Of a stretch of DNA of 64,000 nucleotides, positions 17,417-26,296 are shown piece after piece (within the stretch, counting starts at the first letter, position 1; every line of letters starts with the position of its first letter). Source of the stretch: Candidatus Limnocylindrales bacterium (GTDB taxonomy: Bacteria; Patescibacteriota; Microgenomatia; Levybacterales; UBA12049); NCBI GenBank assembly GCA_035526025.1, contig DATLDE010000012.1:20222-84221 (forward strand). The letters are read 5' to 3'. The notes beneath the pieces were generated by a model that was not told where the DNA came from, did not search any database, and saw only the letters and a list, made by a program, of their open reading frames with translations. Both the position numbers and the translations under genes were made by a program.

Positions 17417-18931
17417 TTAACATGAATATTTTCCCCAGACACTTCTGGCACTTGCCCAATAGCGGAAATTACAACCAAGCAGCTTCATATTGTAATCAAT
17501 TGCCTTTGTTGTCTGTATTTCCCAATTTAAATCTCCCCGGTCATATATCCCATTTTTTCCGGGCTCAGTTGGGGGTTGGCCGGAAGGCTTGCTGCTACCC
17601 ATTTGATATAATCCCCAGGCACCTGCACAATCAAGTGAGCATTGGACTCCAACTGGTGGTGCAAACGCATTGGGGCTAAAACCACTCTCAACAGGGACGA
17701 TCATATCAAACCAGATATTGACAAATTCAGGGTTAGGCTCCTTCGACTGTAGGTGTTTGTAAAGATTGTCTTTGCTGAAATTACACTTGGGATCGCCATA
17801 ATTACCAAGAGGATTCTGCTCAGGGTATTTTGAAAAATTATATTTTCCACCACAATCATCATTTGGTGCTGGGGGCACATAGCCGTCTGAAATAGGCCCT
17901 CCGCCACCCCCTCCGTTTGTAGGGGCAGCATACGGAGTTACTGTTCCCTCAGCTTGGTTAAAAATAACTAAGTCGTTTTTAACTGCGCGAAGTTTTATGG
18001 CCAGTATTGAATTGACATTGCTCAGGATAGCGCCGGGCGAGGCCTGAAAATCTTTTAAGTTCCAAGTAGCAGTTTTTGTTACGGGATCAAATTGTGCGGA
18101 TGGACTTGAATCAACATACTCAGTCCCTTCCGGAATTTTATCAGTAATAACAATATCTATTGCCTGCTCAGGGTATGCAACTGTAATTTCATAGGGAAGT
18201 TCCTGGCCGTTTTGCGCTTCTATAGGACCTGTTTTGGTTATGGTCAGTTTGGGCGCATTGGGATCAGCCTCGCTTGGTCCTCCCATTACGACTACAATTA
18301 AGAACAATATTATTCCAAGCGGAATCATAACTTGACCGACAGGACTGCTTACAATAGCGCCTGCAATTGCAATTTTTTTAAGAGTCTTATGCTTGTCAAG
18401 GAATTGTTTTGCTTTTAAAGCAACCTGGGCTTCAGGTCCTGCTGCCTTTGCAGCTTTATTCACAACCCTATTCACGCTTTTTTTAAGCATTGCCTTGGTT
18501 CGGCTTTCTTCTCCTCCTGCTCGAGGATTTTTTGCAGCTCCCTTGGCGGCACCTTTAGCACCCCCTTTGGCTGCTCCCTGCATTCCCCCTTTGGCTGCTC
18601 CCGCAGCTCCACCGACTGCGGCGCCCCCAGCAGCGCCTGCACCAGCACCTAAGGCTCCGCCTATAGCCGTTCCCACGCCAGGCAATATTGCAGTGCCTAC
18701 CGCTGCGCCTGCTTTTCCACCAAGCTGAGCTCCTTTTTGTGCCCCTTTTACAGCACCCTTTGCTCCTTGAATTGCAGCTTGTTTGCCTGCTTCTTTCGCA
18801 GCTCCGCTTGCAGCACCTTTCGCAGCATTTCCCATACGACTTTTACTGCGTCCTCCTCGCTTGCTTGTAGAGCCTGCGCCTTGTTGGGGATACTGGTCTT
18901 CTTGGGGATCTTGAGAATCTGCTTCACTCAT
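17417..18931 (-). CDS. VirB1/PrgK-like lytic transglycosylase (SLT domain) with long Ala/Gly/Lys-rich disordered cytoplasmic N-terminus and one TM
   Basis: C-terminal VPVESGFSPNAF ... AGAWGLYQM matches the SLT catalytic motif (ES-x-FNP-x-A ... AxGLMQ). The N-terminal ~170 aa are GAKGAAKGA-type low complexity, followed by TM IPLGIILFLIVVVMGG. Confidence 0.6.
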   Translation of the reverse strand: MSEADSQDPQEDQYPQQGAGSTSKRGGRSKSRMGNAAKGAASGAAKEAGKQAAIQGAKGAVKGAQKGAQLGGKAGAAVGTAILPGVGTAIGGALGAGAGAAGGAAVGGAAGAAKGGMQGAAKGGAKGAAKGAAKNPRAGGEESRTKAMLKKSVNRVVNKAAKAAGPEAQVALKAKQFLDKHKTLKKIAIAGAIVSSPVGQVMIPLGIILFLIVVVMGGPSEADPNAPKLTITKTGPIEAQNGQELPYEITVAYPEQAIDIVITDKIPEGTEYVDSSPSAQFDPVTKTATWNLKDFQASPGAILSNVNSILAIKLRAVKNDLVIFNQAEGTVTPYAAPTNGGGGGGPISDGYVPPAPNDDCGGKYNFSKYPEQNPLGNYGDPKCNFSKDNLYKHLQSKEPNPEFVNIWFDMIVPVESGFSPNAFAPPVGVQCSLDCAGAWGLYQMGSSKPSGQPPTEPGKNGIYDRGDLNWEIQTTKAIDYNMKLLGCNFRYWASARSVWGKYSC

Positions 18932-18950
18932 GCTTTAATACTAACAAATA

Positions 18951-21065
18951 TTAAGATTCCGGTAAAACCGATGGACTGGGAGAGGGCGCAGGGGATATCG
19001 GCGACTGTGGTGATGGCGTAGGGCTCGGCTCTGCTGATGGGACTGGGGAAGAGCTGGGGGACGTATCCATAGGTTGAGGCGTGGTCTCAATGCCCGGGGC
19101 TTGTGGCTCAATCGCTGTTGGGCTTGGTGAGATTGTGGTATTGGATAAGATCTCATTCATGTTGGTGCTGATTGCATTGGAGGTAGGAGCTGCTTCTTCG
19201 GCTTTTGTCTGGCTCGCATTTGCAGCAGCGTCTTCCTGTCTCTTCAATAATTCCATAGGATTGGAGGTGATTAATTCATGTTCAAAAGGAGCTGCGAAAA
19301 CCTTCATTGCTACGTGATTTTGTCCTGCAAAGAATAAGCCCTCACCAACGTCAGAGGACAATAAAAGGGCTTTTTCCCCCTCTGATAGATAGAATGTGTC
19401 TGCGATCATATCCACTTCAGCTGTTCCCTGCTTCAAAAGGATCTGAATAGACGAATTGGTTAACACAGCCTTGCCGTATTCATTTTTGAGAAAGTCTTCA
19501 ACGTCTTGAGTAGCAGTGGTCATTCCTAGATAATATTTTCTAGCTCTTTTTGCAATTGAATAAACAAATGACGCTGAGTCCTGGTACTTCATCATGTACC
19601 ATCCCTCGTCCAGTATGAGAATTCGCTTTTTCAAAGTCTTTTTGACTTTTGTCCACACAAAATCGAGAACTATGTGCATGGCAACAGGGCGAAGTTCTTC
19701 TTCAAGATTACGTATCGAAAAAACAGTTAGGGGATTGTTGATCTCAAAATTAGATTGCTGGTTGAAAATACCAGCTGCTGATCCTTTAATGAATTTTTCA
19801 AGCCTGAAAGCCAGATCTTTTGAGGGCTGTGTCTCCATTCCAAGAAGGGTTTTGTACAAATCCTCCATCAGGGGGGGCTGCCTTTTTTGGGTTGCAGGGT
19901 CGGTTGTGATTCCTTTTTGGCGGTAACACTCAATAAGTGCACGATCCAGGATAGCGTCATGTTCTGCATCAAGATCCCCTGTGATAAGCTTTAACAAACC
20001 GTGAAGGGATAGGATTTTAAGTCCCAATTCATTTTCACCCTCTTCAAATACATCAGAAAGATCGAATGGGTTTATCTTTATGTCAGAATTAGATGAGAAC
20101 TCGACTACTTCTCCACCAAGCGCCGGGACCATGGTTCCATATTCTCCCTCAGGATCAATTACGATTACCTCAGCGCCAAGCATAAATTGTCTGGCAATTT
20201 CAAGCTTGATGCAGTATGATTTTCCGGCACCTGATTTACCCAGAACCACCTCGTTTGCGTTTTCTAGCGAGAATCGGTCAAAAATAATGAGTGATCCATT
20301 CTGTTGATTTACCCCGTACATCACTCCTTTATTTTGAGTAAGAATTGCTGATGTGAATGGAAAAGTTGACGCAAGGGATGACGTGTCCATGTTTCGGGTA
20401 ACATACAGCCTGTCTTGTCCCATGGGAAGGGTTGATTTAAATCCTTCCTCCATTTGAAGCGTTGCTGTTTTTCCAGCAAGCAGAAGAGACGCCAGGGTAG
20501 TTTGGAGCTCTTTGGTAGTCTGTTGAAGCTCTGCCAGGTCTGGTGCTGAAACAGTGATATAGAATCCGAATTGGAAAAATCTTTCAATTCCCTTTGCGAG
20601 TTCTTCCTGCAGTCCCAAGGCATCTTCAAGTGCTGCTTCAACCGTTGGATCAGTGACTTTTCCAGCCTCTGCGTCCGATGACAAAGTTGCCTGCATCTCA
20701 CCAATTTTTCGCTTCAAATCGGCCAGCACGTCTGAGCTTGAGGTCGGATAGCAAAACATTGATATATCTAGGGTATGATCATAATCAATAATTGGCTGAA
20801 GCCAACCAGGGGATACATACCGTGGATAGCCTGAGATAAAAAGCGTTGAGTAGAACGCTTCCCCGACTCTTATAAATCTAAAATCAACCTCAACAGAAGA
20901 GGGTGCGATAATATCTATTATTGAGGTCAGTCCTTTTTCGGTTGCTTCAATGCTCTTGCTTACAGGAGGTTGAGCCTGTGCGCCTGCTGTTTTTTTGCTT
21001 TTTACAGGATTTGCTGAAGCAGTTGGTGCTGCTTTGGGAGATTTATTCAAAAAAGGGAGTTTCAT
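18951..21065 (-). CDS. virB4: VirB4/TrbE/CagE-family type IV secretion ATPase with Pro/Ser-rich C-terminal tail
   Basis: Walker A VVLGKSGAGKSY, Walker B ILILDEGW, and conserved TQ...DF (ATQDVEDFL) motifs. 704 aa, of which the C-terminal ~90 aa are SPxP low complexity. Confidence 0.85.
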   Translation of the reverse strand: MKLPFLNKSPKAAPTASANPVKSKKTAGAQAQPPVSKSIEATEKGLTSIIDIIAPSSVEVDFRFIRVGEAFYSTLFISGYPRYVSPGWLQPIIDYDHTLDISMFCYPTSSSDVLADLKRKIGEMQATLSSDAEAGKVTDPTVEAALEDALGLQEELAKGIERFFQFGFYITVSAPDLAELQQTTKELQTTLASLLLAGKTATLQMEEGFKSTLPMGQDRLYVTRNMDTSSLASTFPFTSAILTQNKGVMYGVNQQNGSLIIFDRFSLENANEVVLGKSGAGKSYCIKLEIARQFMLGAEVIVIDPEGEYGTMVPALGGEVVEFSSNSDIKINPFDLSDVFEEGENELGLKILSLHGLLKLITGDLDAEHDAILDRALIECYRQKGITTDPATQKRQPPLMEDLYKTLLGMETQPSKDLAFRLEKFIKGSAAGIFNQQSNFEINNPLTVFSIRNLEEELRPVAMHIVLDFVWTKVKKTLKKRILILDEGWYMMKYQDSASFVYSIAKRARKYYLGMTTATQDVEDFLKNEYGKAVLTNSSIQILLKQGTAEVDMIADTFYLSEGEKALLLSSDVGEGLFFAGQNHVAMKVFAAPFEHELITSNPMELLKRQEDAAANASQTKAEEAAPTSNAISTNMNEILSNTTISPSPTAIEPQAPGIETTPQPMDTSPSSSPVPSAEPSPTPSPQSPISPAPSPSPSVLPES

Positions 21066-21733
21066 TTCTTGTCTCCTCCTGTAACTATTGATGCGCCAAC
21101 AGCGCTTCCAAGTTGTTCAACCTCAATATTGGTCCCATTGTTGTAAATGTCGTAATAAAGCTTTATCAAGTCATCCCGTTCAAGAATTCTTGCTGATACG
21201 GCAAATTTTTGAAGCTGTCCTAGCACTTGCTCTGCTTTAGACTGCAGATTTTTAGCCGCACCTTCAGGAAGAGCAGTGGTCGTTGCTTTTTTGCTTTTCT
21301 GAGTAGTCGCCTTAGCTCCGGACACTCCCATTTCAAGAGATGAAAAGGGAATGACGATATAAAAAGATTTACTCAAAACAACGTTAACTGTGACCATTTC
21401 CTGAACAAAGTCCCGATAATAGCTGATATATGAGCTAAGTTGCGGATTTTTGCTGTTTTTTATAATTTCATCAAGATCCTTAAGGTAATTTGAGATGTCA
21501 ATTCTTTTATTTCTTATTAAGATTTGAATAGGAAAAGAAAGTGAATTAAGAAGAGATGCATAAGAAAAGATTCTTGAATCCTGCTCTCTTTTGGAAAGAA
21601 GCGCGAAGTTACTGGCTGTAATCTCAATTATCAAACATGCTGCCCCGCCCTGTAAAACCACCATGTTATCAACAAAATCTGTTATTTCAGTAAATTTCTG
21701 AGTTGAAGCGTGAATTTTTTGGGCAGCACTCAT
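21062..21733 (-). CDS. Hypothetical cytoplasmic protein in T4SS-like operon
   Basis: 223 aa, no TM, translationally coupled to virB4 (4-nt overlap). No recognisable motif. Confidence 0.4.
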   Translation of the reverse strand: MSAAQKIHASTQKFTEITDFVDNMVVLQGGAACLIIEITASNFALLSKREQDSRIFSYASLLNSLSFPIQILIRNKRIDISNYLKDLDEIIKNSKNPQLSSYISYYRDFVQEMVTVNVVLSKSFYIVIPFSSLEMGVSGAKATTQKSKKATTTALPEGAAKNLQSKAEQVLGQLQKFAVSARILERDDLIKLYYDIYNNGTNIEVEQLGSAVGASIVTGGDKK

Positions 21734-21734
21734 T

Positions 21735-22961
21735 TTAACTAAATAATTCCTTTCTTAATTCTTCTCTTTTGTCATAAGAAATGATTTCAATAGGAAGCAT
21801 GATTTGGCCATTTGCCGTGATGTTGATCTCATCAAATGTGTGGAGCTTTTTAGGATCCTCAAGAGAGATTGTATAAGTGCCAGAGGATAGTGGAGTGGCT
21901 GATGCGAAATTTCCAAGCGTGTTGGTCTTAAAAGCCCTTACGGGATTGTTATCTTTGTCTTTTATCTCGACCAAGATGTTTGGAAGCACGTTGTTTCTTG
22001 AATCTTTTACCATCCCTGAAACAACATTTGGAGTGTCAGATACAAGAATGCCCATTTTTTTATTCAATTCCTTTGGCACACTTCTAACATGGCCAACAGC
22101 TTTGGGTATTTCAGCATCAGGCTTTCTAATCACCTGTGTAATTACAGGGGCTTTCTGGGTGAGCAATTGTGATTTTAATTTAACTATTTCTTGCTCAAGC
22201 ATCTGTTTTTGAGAATGAATTTGTTGAACTTGAGCCTCAAGATCTAATGTTTTCTGGTGAATTGCAGCGAGTGCTTTCGGGTCATGTTGGGCAGACTCGT
22301 CTTTTTTTGCAAATTCAAGCTGTTTTTTAAGCGCTTCCTCTTTTGCCAACAGCACTTGTGGGGATGGGATTTGTGGCGAGGGATTTATTTGATTTGGGCT
22401 TATTGGACTTATCGGATGTGGTGGAGTCGGCTGCAGGGGTGTAGGGGTCAGGCCTGGTGCGGAAGTAGAGAGTGATTTGAGAAATGCAGCTTCTCTTGCA
22501 TCCTGAGGATTATGTATAGATTTTGCGGCGCTGGTGATTAAGATCTTTTGAAGTGCCAAGCCGCGGCTATTGATCATTTGTTGTTGAGGTGTAGATCCGG
22601 GGTGCTCAGTTGCAGGTTTTACAGCTTTTTGCGCATGGAAGCTTGAAAAACTGAATTTATTATCATTTTTATGATAAACATATTGATTTGGTGAAAGCAG
22701 CGCTTTAAAAAAATTTCCGGCCATTACATCAATTGGTCTTCCATCAATTGGAAGGAATGCTGCGATCGCACCGCTTGCGCCTAGAAATGGAATTAAAAAG
22801 GCTTTTATAATTACGCCAAGCAATCCCTTAATGGGCAAGTAGTAAGCTATAAATGCTCCAATTACGCCTACCGCAACATAACCAAATTGTTTAACCGTCA
22901 TAGCTCCAATGAGCTTGAACTGAAATCCTGTTACGTTTTGTGGAATAGGGTGTTGATCCAT
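21735..22961 (-). CDS. PrgI/VirB3-like two-TM N-domain fused to Pro/Gln-rich coiled-coil linker and C-terminal beta-sandwich (CarboxypepD_reg-like) domain
   Basis: N-terminal FQFKLIGAMTVKQFGYVAVGVI ... two TM resembles the PrgI family (VirB3 analog) found upstream of VirB4 in monoderm T4SS. C-terminal SGMVKDSRNNVLPNILVEI ... TYTISL is transthyretin/CarboxypepD_reg-like. Confidence 0.45.
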   Translation of the reverse strand: MDQHPIPQNVTGFQFKLIGAMTVKQFGYVAVGVIGAFIAYYLPIKGLLGVIIKAFLIPFLGASGAIAAFLPIDGRPIDVMAGNFFKALLSPNQYVYHKNDNKFSFSSFHAQKAVKPATEHPGSTPQQQMINSRGLALQKILITSAAKSIHNPQDAREAAFLKSLSTSAPGLTPTPLQPTPPHPISPISPNQINPSPQIPSPQVLLAKEEALKKQLEFAKKDESAQHDPKALAAIHQKTLDLEAQVQQIHSQKQMLEQEIVKLKSQLLTQKAPVITQVIRKPDAEIPKAVGHVRSVPKELNKKMGILVSDTPNVVSGMVKDSRNNVLPNILVEIKDKDNNPVRAFKTNTLGNFASATPLSSGTYTISLEDPKKLHTFDEINITANGQIMLPIEIISYDKREELRKELFS

Positions 22962-23065
22962 GGCGTGCTAAAAAAGTGTATAACGTGAAAAATAGCAATG
23001 CAACTCACACAAAGTAGGTCAAACGAATCATGTTTTGAGGCTAGCGTGTGAAAACTCAGAGGTGA

Positions 23066-23488
23066 TTATTTGCAACCGCCAGTGTTAATCTGGTTGATGT
23101 CTGTAATGCAATCTTTGGAGTTGGTGATATATCCTATGAAGTATATAATTGCAAAAGAAGACATGATAACAATTGTGCCTATTATGGCGTACGTCATAAT
23201 TTGTCTAGCCGCCTGGACTTGCTTTGGGTCCCCACCTGAGGTGACCAATTTAATTCCTGAGTAGATAATAAGTACCAGCGCAACAGCGCCAGCAAACATA
23301 AGAAATGCAGTAACTACGTTTTGAAATATAACAGGCACGCAGCGGAGGCTCGCAACCTCCGTAGTTTTGCCTGAGGTTGTTATTTTGTCGGTGCAGCCTG
23401 ACCAGTCTTTGAACTGCGCAGCAGCAGGCTGTGGTATTGCTGCGGAAATTAAAAAAGCTATAGCAAATGCTAAAAATGTATTTTTCAT
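23066..23488 (-). CDS. Putative T4SS pilin (VirB2/TrbC-like): signal peptide + two hydrophobic helices
   Basis: 140 aa; cleavable signal (AAIPQPAAA-QF), ~40-aa spacer, then helix-loop(GGDPKQVQAARQ)-helix topology typical of VirB2 pilins; first gene of the operon. Confidence 0.4.
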   Translation of the reverse strand: MKNTFLAFAIAFLISAAIPQPAAAQFKDWSGCTDKITTSGKTTEVASLRCVPVIFQNVVTAFLMFAGAVALVLIIYSGIKLVTSGGDPKQVQAARQIMTYAIIGTIVIMSSFAIIYFIGYITNSKDCITDINQINTGGCK

Positions 23489-23529
23489 ATCTAACCTAAG
23501 ACTAGCAAATAAAAATACATAAAAGCAAG

Positions 23530-25743
23530 TTATGGGGATACTTTGTATATTTTAGTATTTTGACTTTGGTAAATAATTTTACTTAACTTCTGAAATTTTT
23601 GCTCAGACAAGGCAGGGTATTTTTGATACTCTAGTGTTCCTATGAAAACGTATTCTACGTCGTACTTTTTAAGTAAAGCCTGAGCCTCTTTTAAATCTAA
23701 TGTTTCATAAAGAGTTTTAATCTCAGCAATTCTGGGGGAGGGGATATCGTAAGTTCCCCGCCAAAGCCATTCGTGAACAGTCCACCCAAGAACAGTCGGC
23801 AGGCCTGTGTTTGCAGATACTCTTGCATAATCAGTGTATGAATCGCCTTGTGCTTCAAGAATTATCGGTTGCTTGGCAACATTTTTTCTTAACCATTCTA
23901 TTGCTTTAAAATCATCCGGATACAGATTTTTAAGATACTTTGTGCCATCAAGCCCCGCAGGTTTCTTAAATTTACCCTTCTCGTCTTTTTGATCAAGCCC
24001 GTAATATGAGTTAATTGCAAGGTATGGATATGTCATGACAAGAGAGATTAGACCAATAACCAATAACAGATAGCTAATAGTTAATAACTTTTTTCCTAGA
24101 TTTATTTTCTTAAGCTTAACACTTGATAGTATTCTGACAATTATATATCCGCATGAAACAGAGAGCATAATGAAGGACTGAAATACAAGCTTGAACATGG
24201 TATTGGCGCGGTAGTGGGCCGGGTAAATATCTTTAAGGTAAATAAATTCAGGCAGGATAATGAGAAATGTCGAAAGCAATATCAGAAGTAAAACAAATGT
24301 ATCTGTTGGGAGAAGTTTTTTTGTGCGATTGATAAAAACCAGAAAAGATATAACAAAAAAATAGAAAAAACCATAGAGTATTAACAGCTGCCACCAGGGT
24401 GAATGTTGACAAAAGTTTTGTTCAAATAAAAATGGACCTATTTTACCGATTTTGGTTAAGAATTCCGGCGCACATAAAATTCCCATGCCAGAGGTAAACG
24501 GTTTGAAAAAGTAATTATAGGGAAGTGAAAATAGCGCAAGGCTTACTGAAGTGATAAAAACTGAAAGAAAAAATACTACTAGATTTTTGTGATAAATCGT
24601 AAATAGAACAAGTATAGATAGAAGCAGGTAAATTCCTCCGTCCCAGGCATTGGTCATATACATAATAGCAAGAAGAAAACCGAGCAGGAGCAGGCCGTAG
24701 ATTCGTTGGTCGAAATATGATAATAATCCCATTCTTGCGTTTTTCTGAACCTGAGAAGAATCAGATTTGGGTTTGGAAATCTCGGAGTTAATAAAGAGCG
24801 ATAGAAGAACAGCTATAGTTAAGAGAACAAATGGGATGTCAAGTACATGTCCATGAAGATCGGCAACTACCCAGGAGTATATTGGAAATTCATGTATCGT
24901 ATTGTGGATAAAACGCGTTGCATTCGGGTACCAATATGAATTCGGGAAAGTAACCGGGAGAAAAGGAAGATCCCAGAAGGGTACTGGTTTGTCATTTGTG
25001 TAGGGTTTGAAAAAACCATAGACAATATGGAGATTTCCTGCAAAAGTTACAAGAAGGGCCGTCAAGAGTCCTGAAACAAATCTTTTTGCTTCTGAGATTT
25101 TTTCACTTTTTTTCATAAAGCTATAGATATTGGCACCTAGTGAAAATGTTTGGGTAAAGCAAAAGGCAAAAATGGTTGAAAGCATTAAATTAAATGTAAT
25201 ATTTGGTGAAAGCGCGCTAATTCTGGTCAAGACCGCAGTTACTAAGTGGCCGAAATAATAATAATTAATAAAAAGCGGTGTCAGCCACATGTCTTTTGGT
25301 GGGAAATAGTCGCTTCTGAGAATCGAGTTTATAAATCCATAATCCATGTATTTCTCAAGACCGTGAATGTCCGGATTAAAAGAGTGAATGTATGCCCACA
25401 GGAATAAGGTCGCCAGGAATAGTAGTTCTTCAAATACAAATATTAAGAAGTTCTGTTTGATAACCAAAAATAAATCTCTTTTACCTGGAGTCAATCCGTA
25501 TATCAAGCTCGCAATTAGAAAAAACATCAGCCAGGAGTTAATTTCGGTAAAGGGTAGGATATGAAGAATTCCAAGTAAAAGAATTACATAAGTCAGGATG
25601 CATAGGCTTAATAATTTGGAAAAAATATATCCTTTGTCAAAGAAGTTTTTAAACAGCAGAAAGGTTAAAGGCAAAAATCCTGTCCCTAGTATAAGGATTG
25701 CCAACCACCATTGTAGAATTGAGCAAATATCAGACGGAAGCAT
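23530..25743 (-). CDS. Chlor_Arch_YYY-domain (DUF2298-like) polytopic membrane protein, putative GT-C-type glycosyltransferase
   Basis: 737 aa, >15 TM, contains the hallmark YYYxG motif (FINYYYFGHL) and a C-terminal soluble domain. Confidence 0.55.
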   Translation of the reverse strand: MLPSDICSILQWWLAILILGTGFLPLTFLLFKNFFDKGYIFSKLLSLCILTYVILLLGILHILPFTEINSWLMFFLIASLIYGLTPGKRDLFLVIKQNFLIFVFEELLFLATLFLWAYIHSFNPDIHGLEKYMDYGFINSILRSDYFPPKDMWLTPLFINYYYFGHLVTAVLTRISALSPNITFNLMLSTIFAFCFTQTFSLGANIYSFMKKSEKISEAKRFVSGLLTALLVTFAGNLHIVYGFFKPYTNDKPVPFWDLPFLPVTFPNSYWYPNATRFIHNTIHEFPIYSWVVADLHGHVLDIPFVLLTIAVLLSLFINSEISKPKSDSSQVQKNARMGLLSYFDQRIYGLLLLGFLLAIMYMTNAWDGGIYLLLSILVLFTIYHKNLVVFFLSVFITSVSLALFSLPYNYFFKPFTSGMGILCAPEFLTKIGKIGPFLFEQNFCQHSPWWQLLILYGFFYFFVISFLVFINRTKKLLPTDTFVLLLILLSTFLIILPEFIYLKDIYPAHYRANTMFKLVFQSFIMLSVSCGYIIVRILSSVKLKKINLGKKLLTISYLLLVIGLISLVMTYPYLAINSYYGLDQKDEKGKFKKPAGLDGTKYLKNLYPDDFKAIEWLRKNVAKQPIILEAQGDSYTDYARVSANTGLPTVLGWTVHEWLWRGTYDIPSPRIAEIKTLYETLDLKEAQALLKKYDVEYVFIGTLEYQKYPALSEQKFQKLSKIIYQSQNTKIYKVSP

Positions 25744-26291
25744 TATTGTTTATCATTGAATATCATCTTGATTTTGGAAATTGCAAAGATATTCTCTGAA
25801 ATAACTTTATCAATCTGATCCTGATTAAGCCAAAAAAATTTTGTTTTTACGTTGTATTTTGCAACGTGCTTGAGCAGAGACAGGTCGTCATCAACATAAA
25901 TATTGAGCCTAAGTCTCTTAATAACATCATTTTTGAATTCATGAGGCTGTTGATTGCCGAAATTGAAATACAGTTCATCAAATACCTTGTCCAGATCATA
26001 ACGTTTGACGAGCTTTAGAGTTCTTTTTTCTAAAAATTTAAAACGGCTTGAGATAAGATAAAGCTTATTGTTTTTTTTGGGGATGTTTCTAAGAAATTCA
26101 AGATTCTCTTTGATAGCAGGACGAAGAAGCGGAAAATGGCTGATTCTTCTAAATACTTGTTCAGGATAGGCAGGTATTCTGTAAAGCAAGCCACCATTGT
26201 CCTTTTTTTTATATAATTTATCAATTAATTTGGGCGAGACAAGAGGGGGATAGTCAATAAAAACTTTATCTAAGTCAAAGCCAATATTCAT
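25743..26291 (-). CDS. HAD-superfamily hydrolase-like protein
   Basis: N-terminal FDLDKVF (DxDx[TV] motif I), ISSR (motif II) and YVDDD (motif IV-like). Confidence 0.45.
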   Translation of the reverse strand: MNIGFDLDKVFIDYPPLVSPKLIDKLYKKKDNGGLLYRIPAYPEQVFRRISHFPLLRPAIKENLEFLRNIPKKNNKLYLISSRFKFLEKRTLKLVKRYDLDKVFDELYFNFGNQQPHEFKNDVIKRLRLNIYVDDDLSLLKHVAKYNVKTKFFWLNQDQIDKVISENIFAISKIKMIFNDKQ

Positions 26292-26296
26292 AGTTA

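Noticed and set aside
18393-18728. 111-aa plus-strand ORF rich in PPLAAP repeats
   Set aside because: It is a shadow ORF on the antisense strand of the GC-rich Ala/Gly/Lys-coding N-terminal region of the lytic transglycosylase gene.
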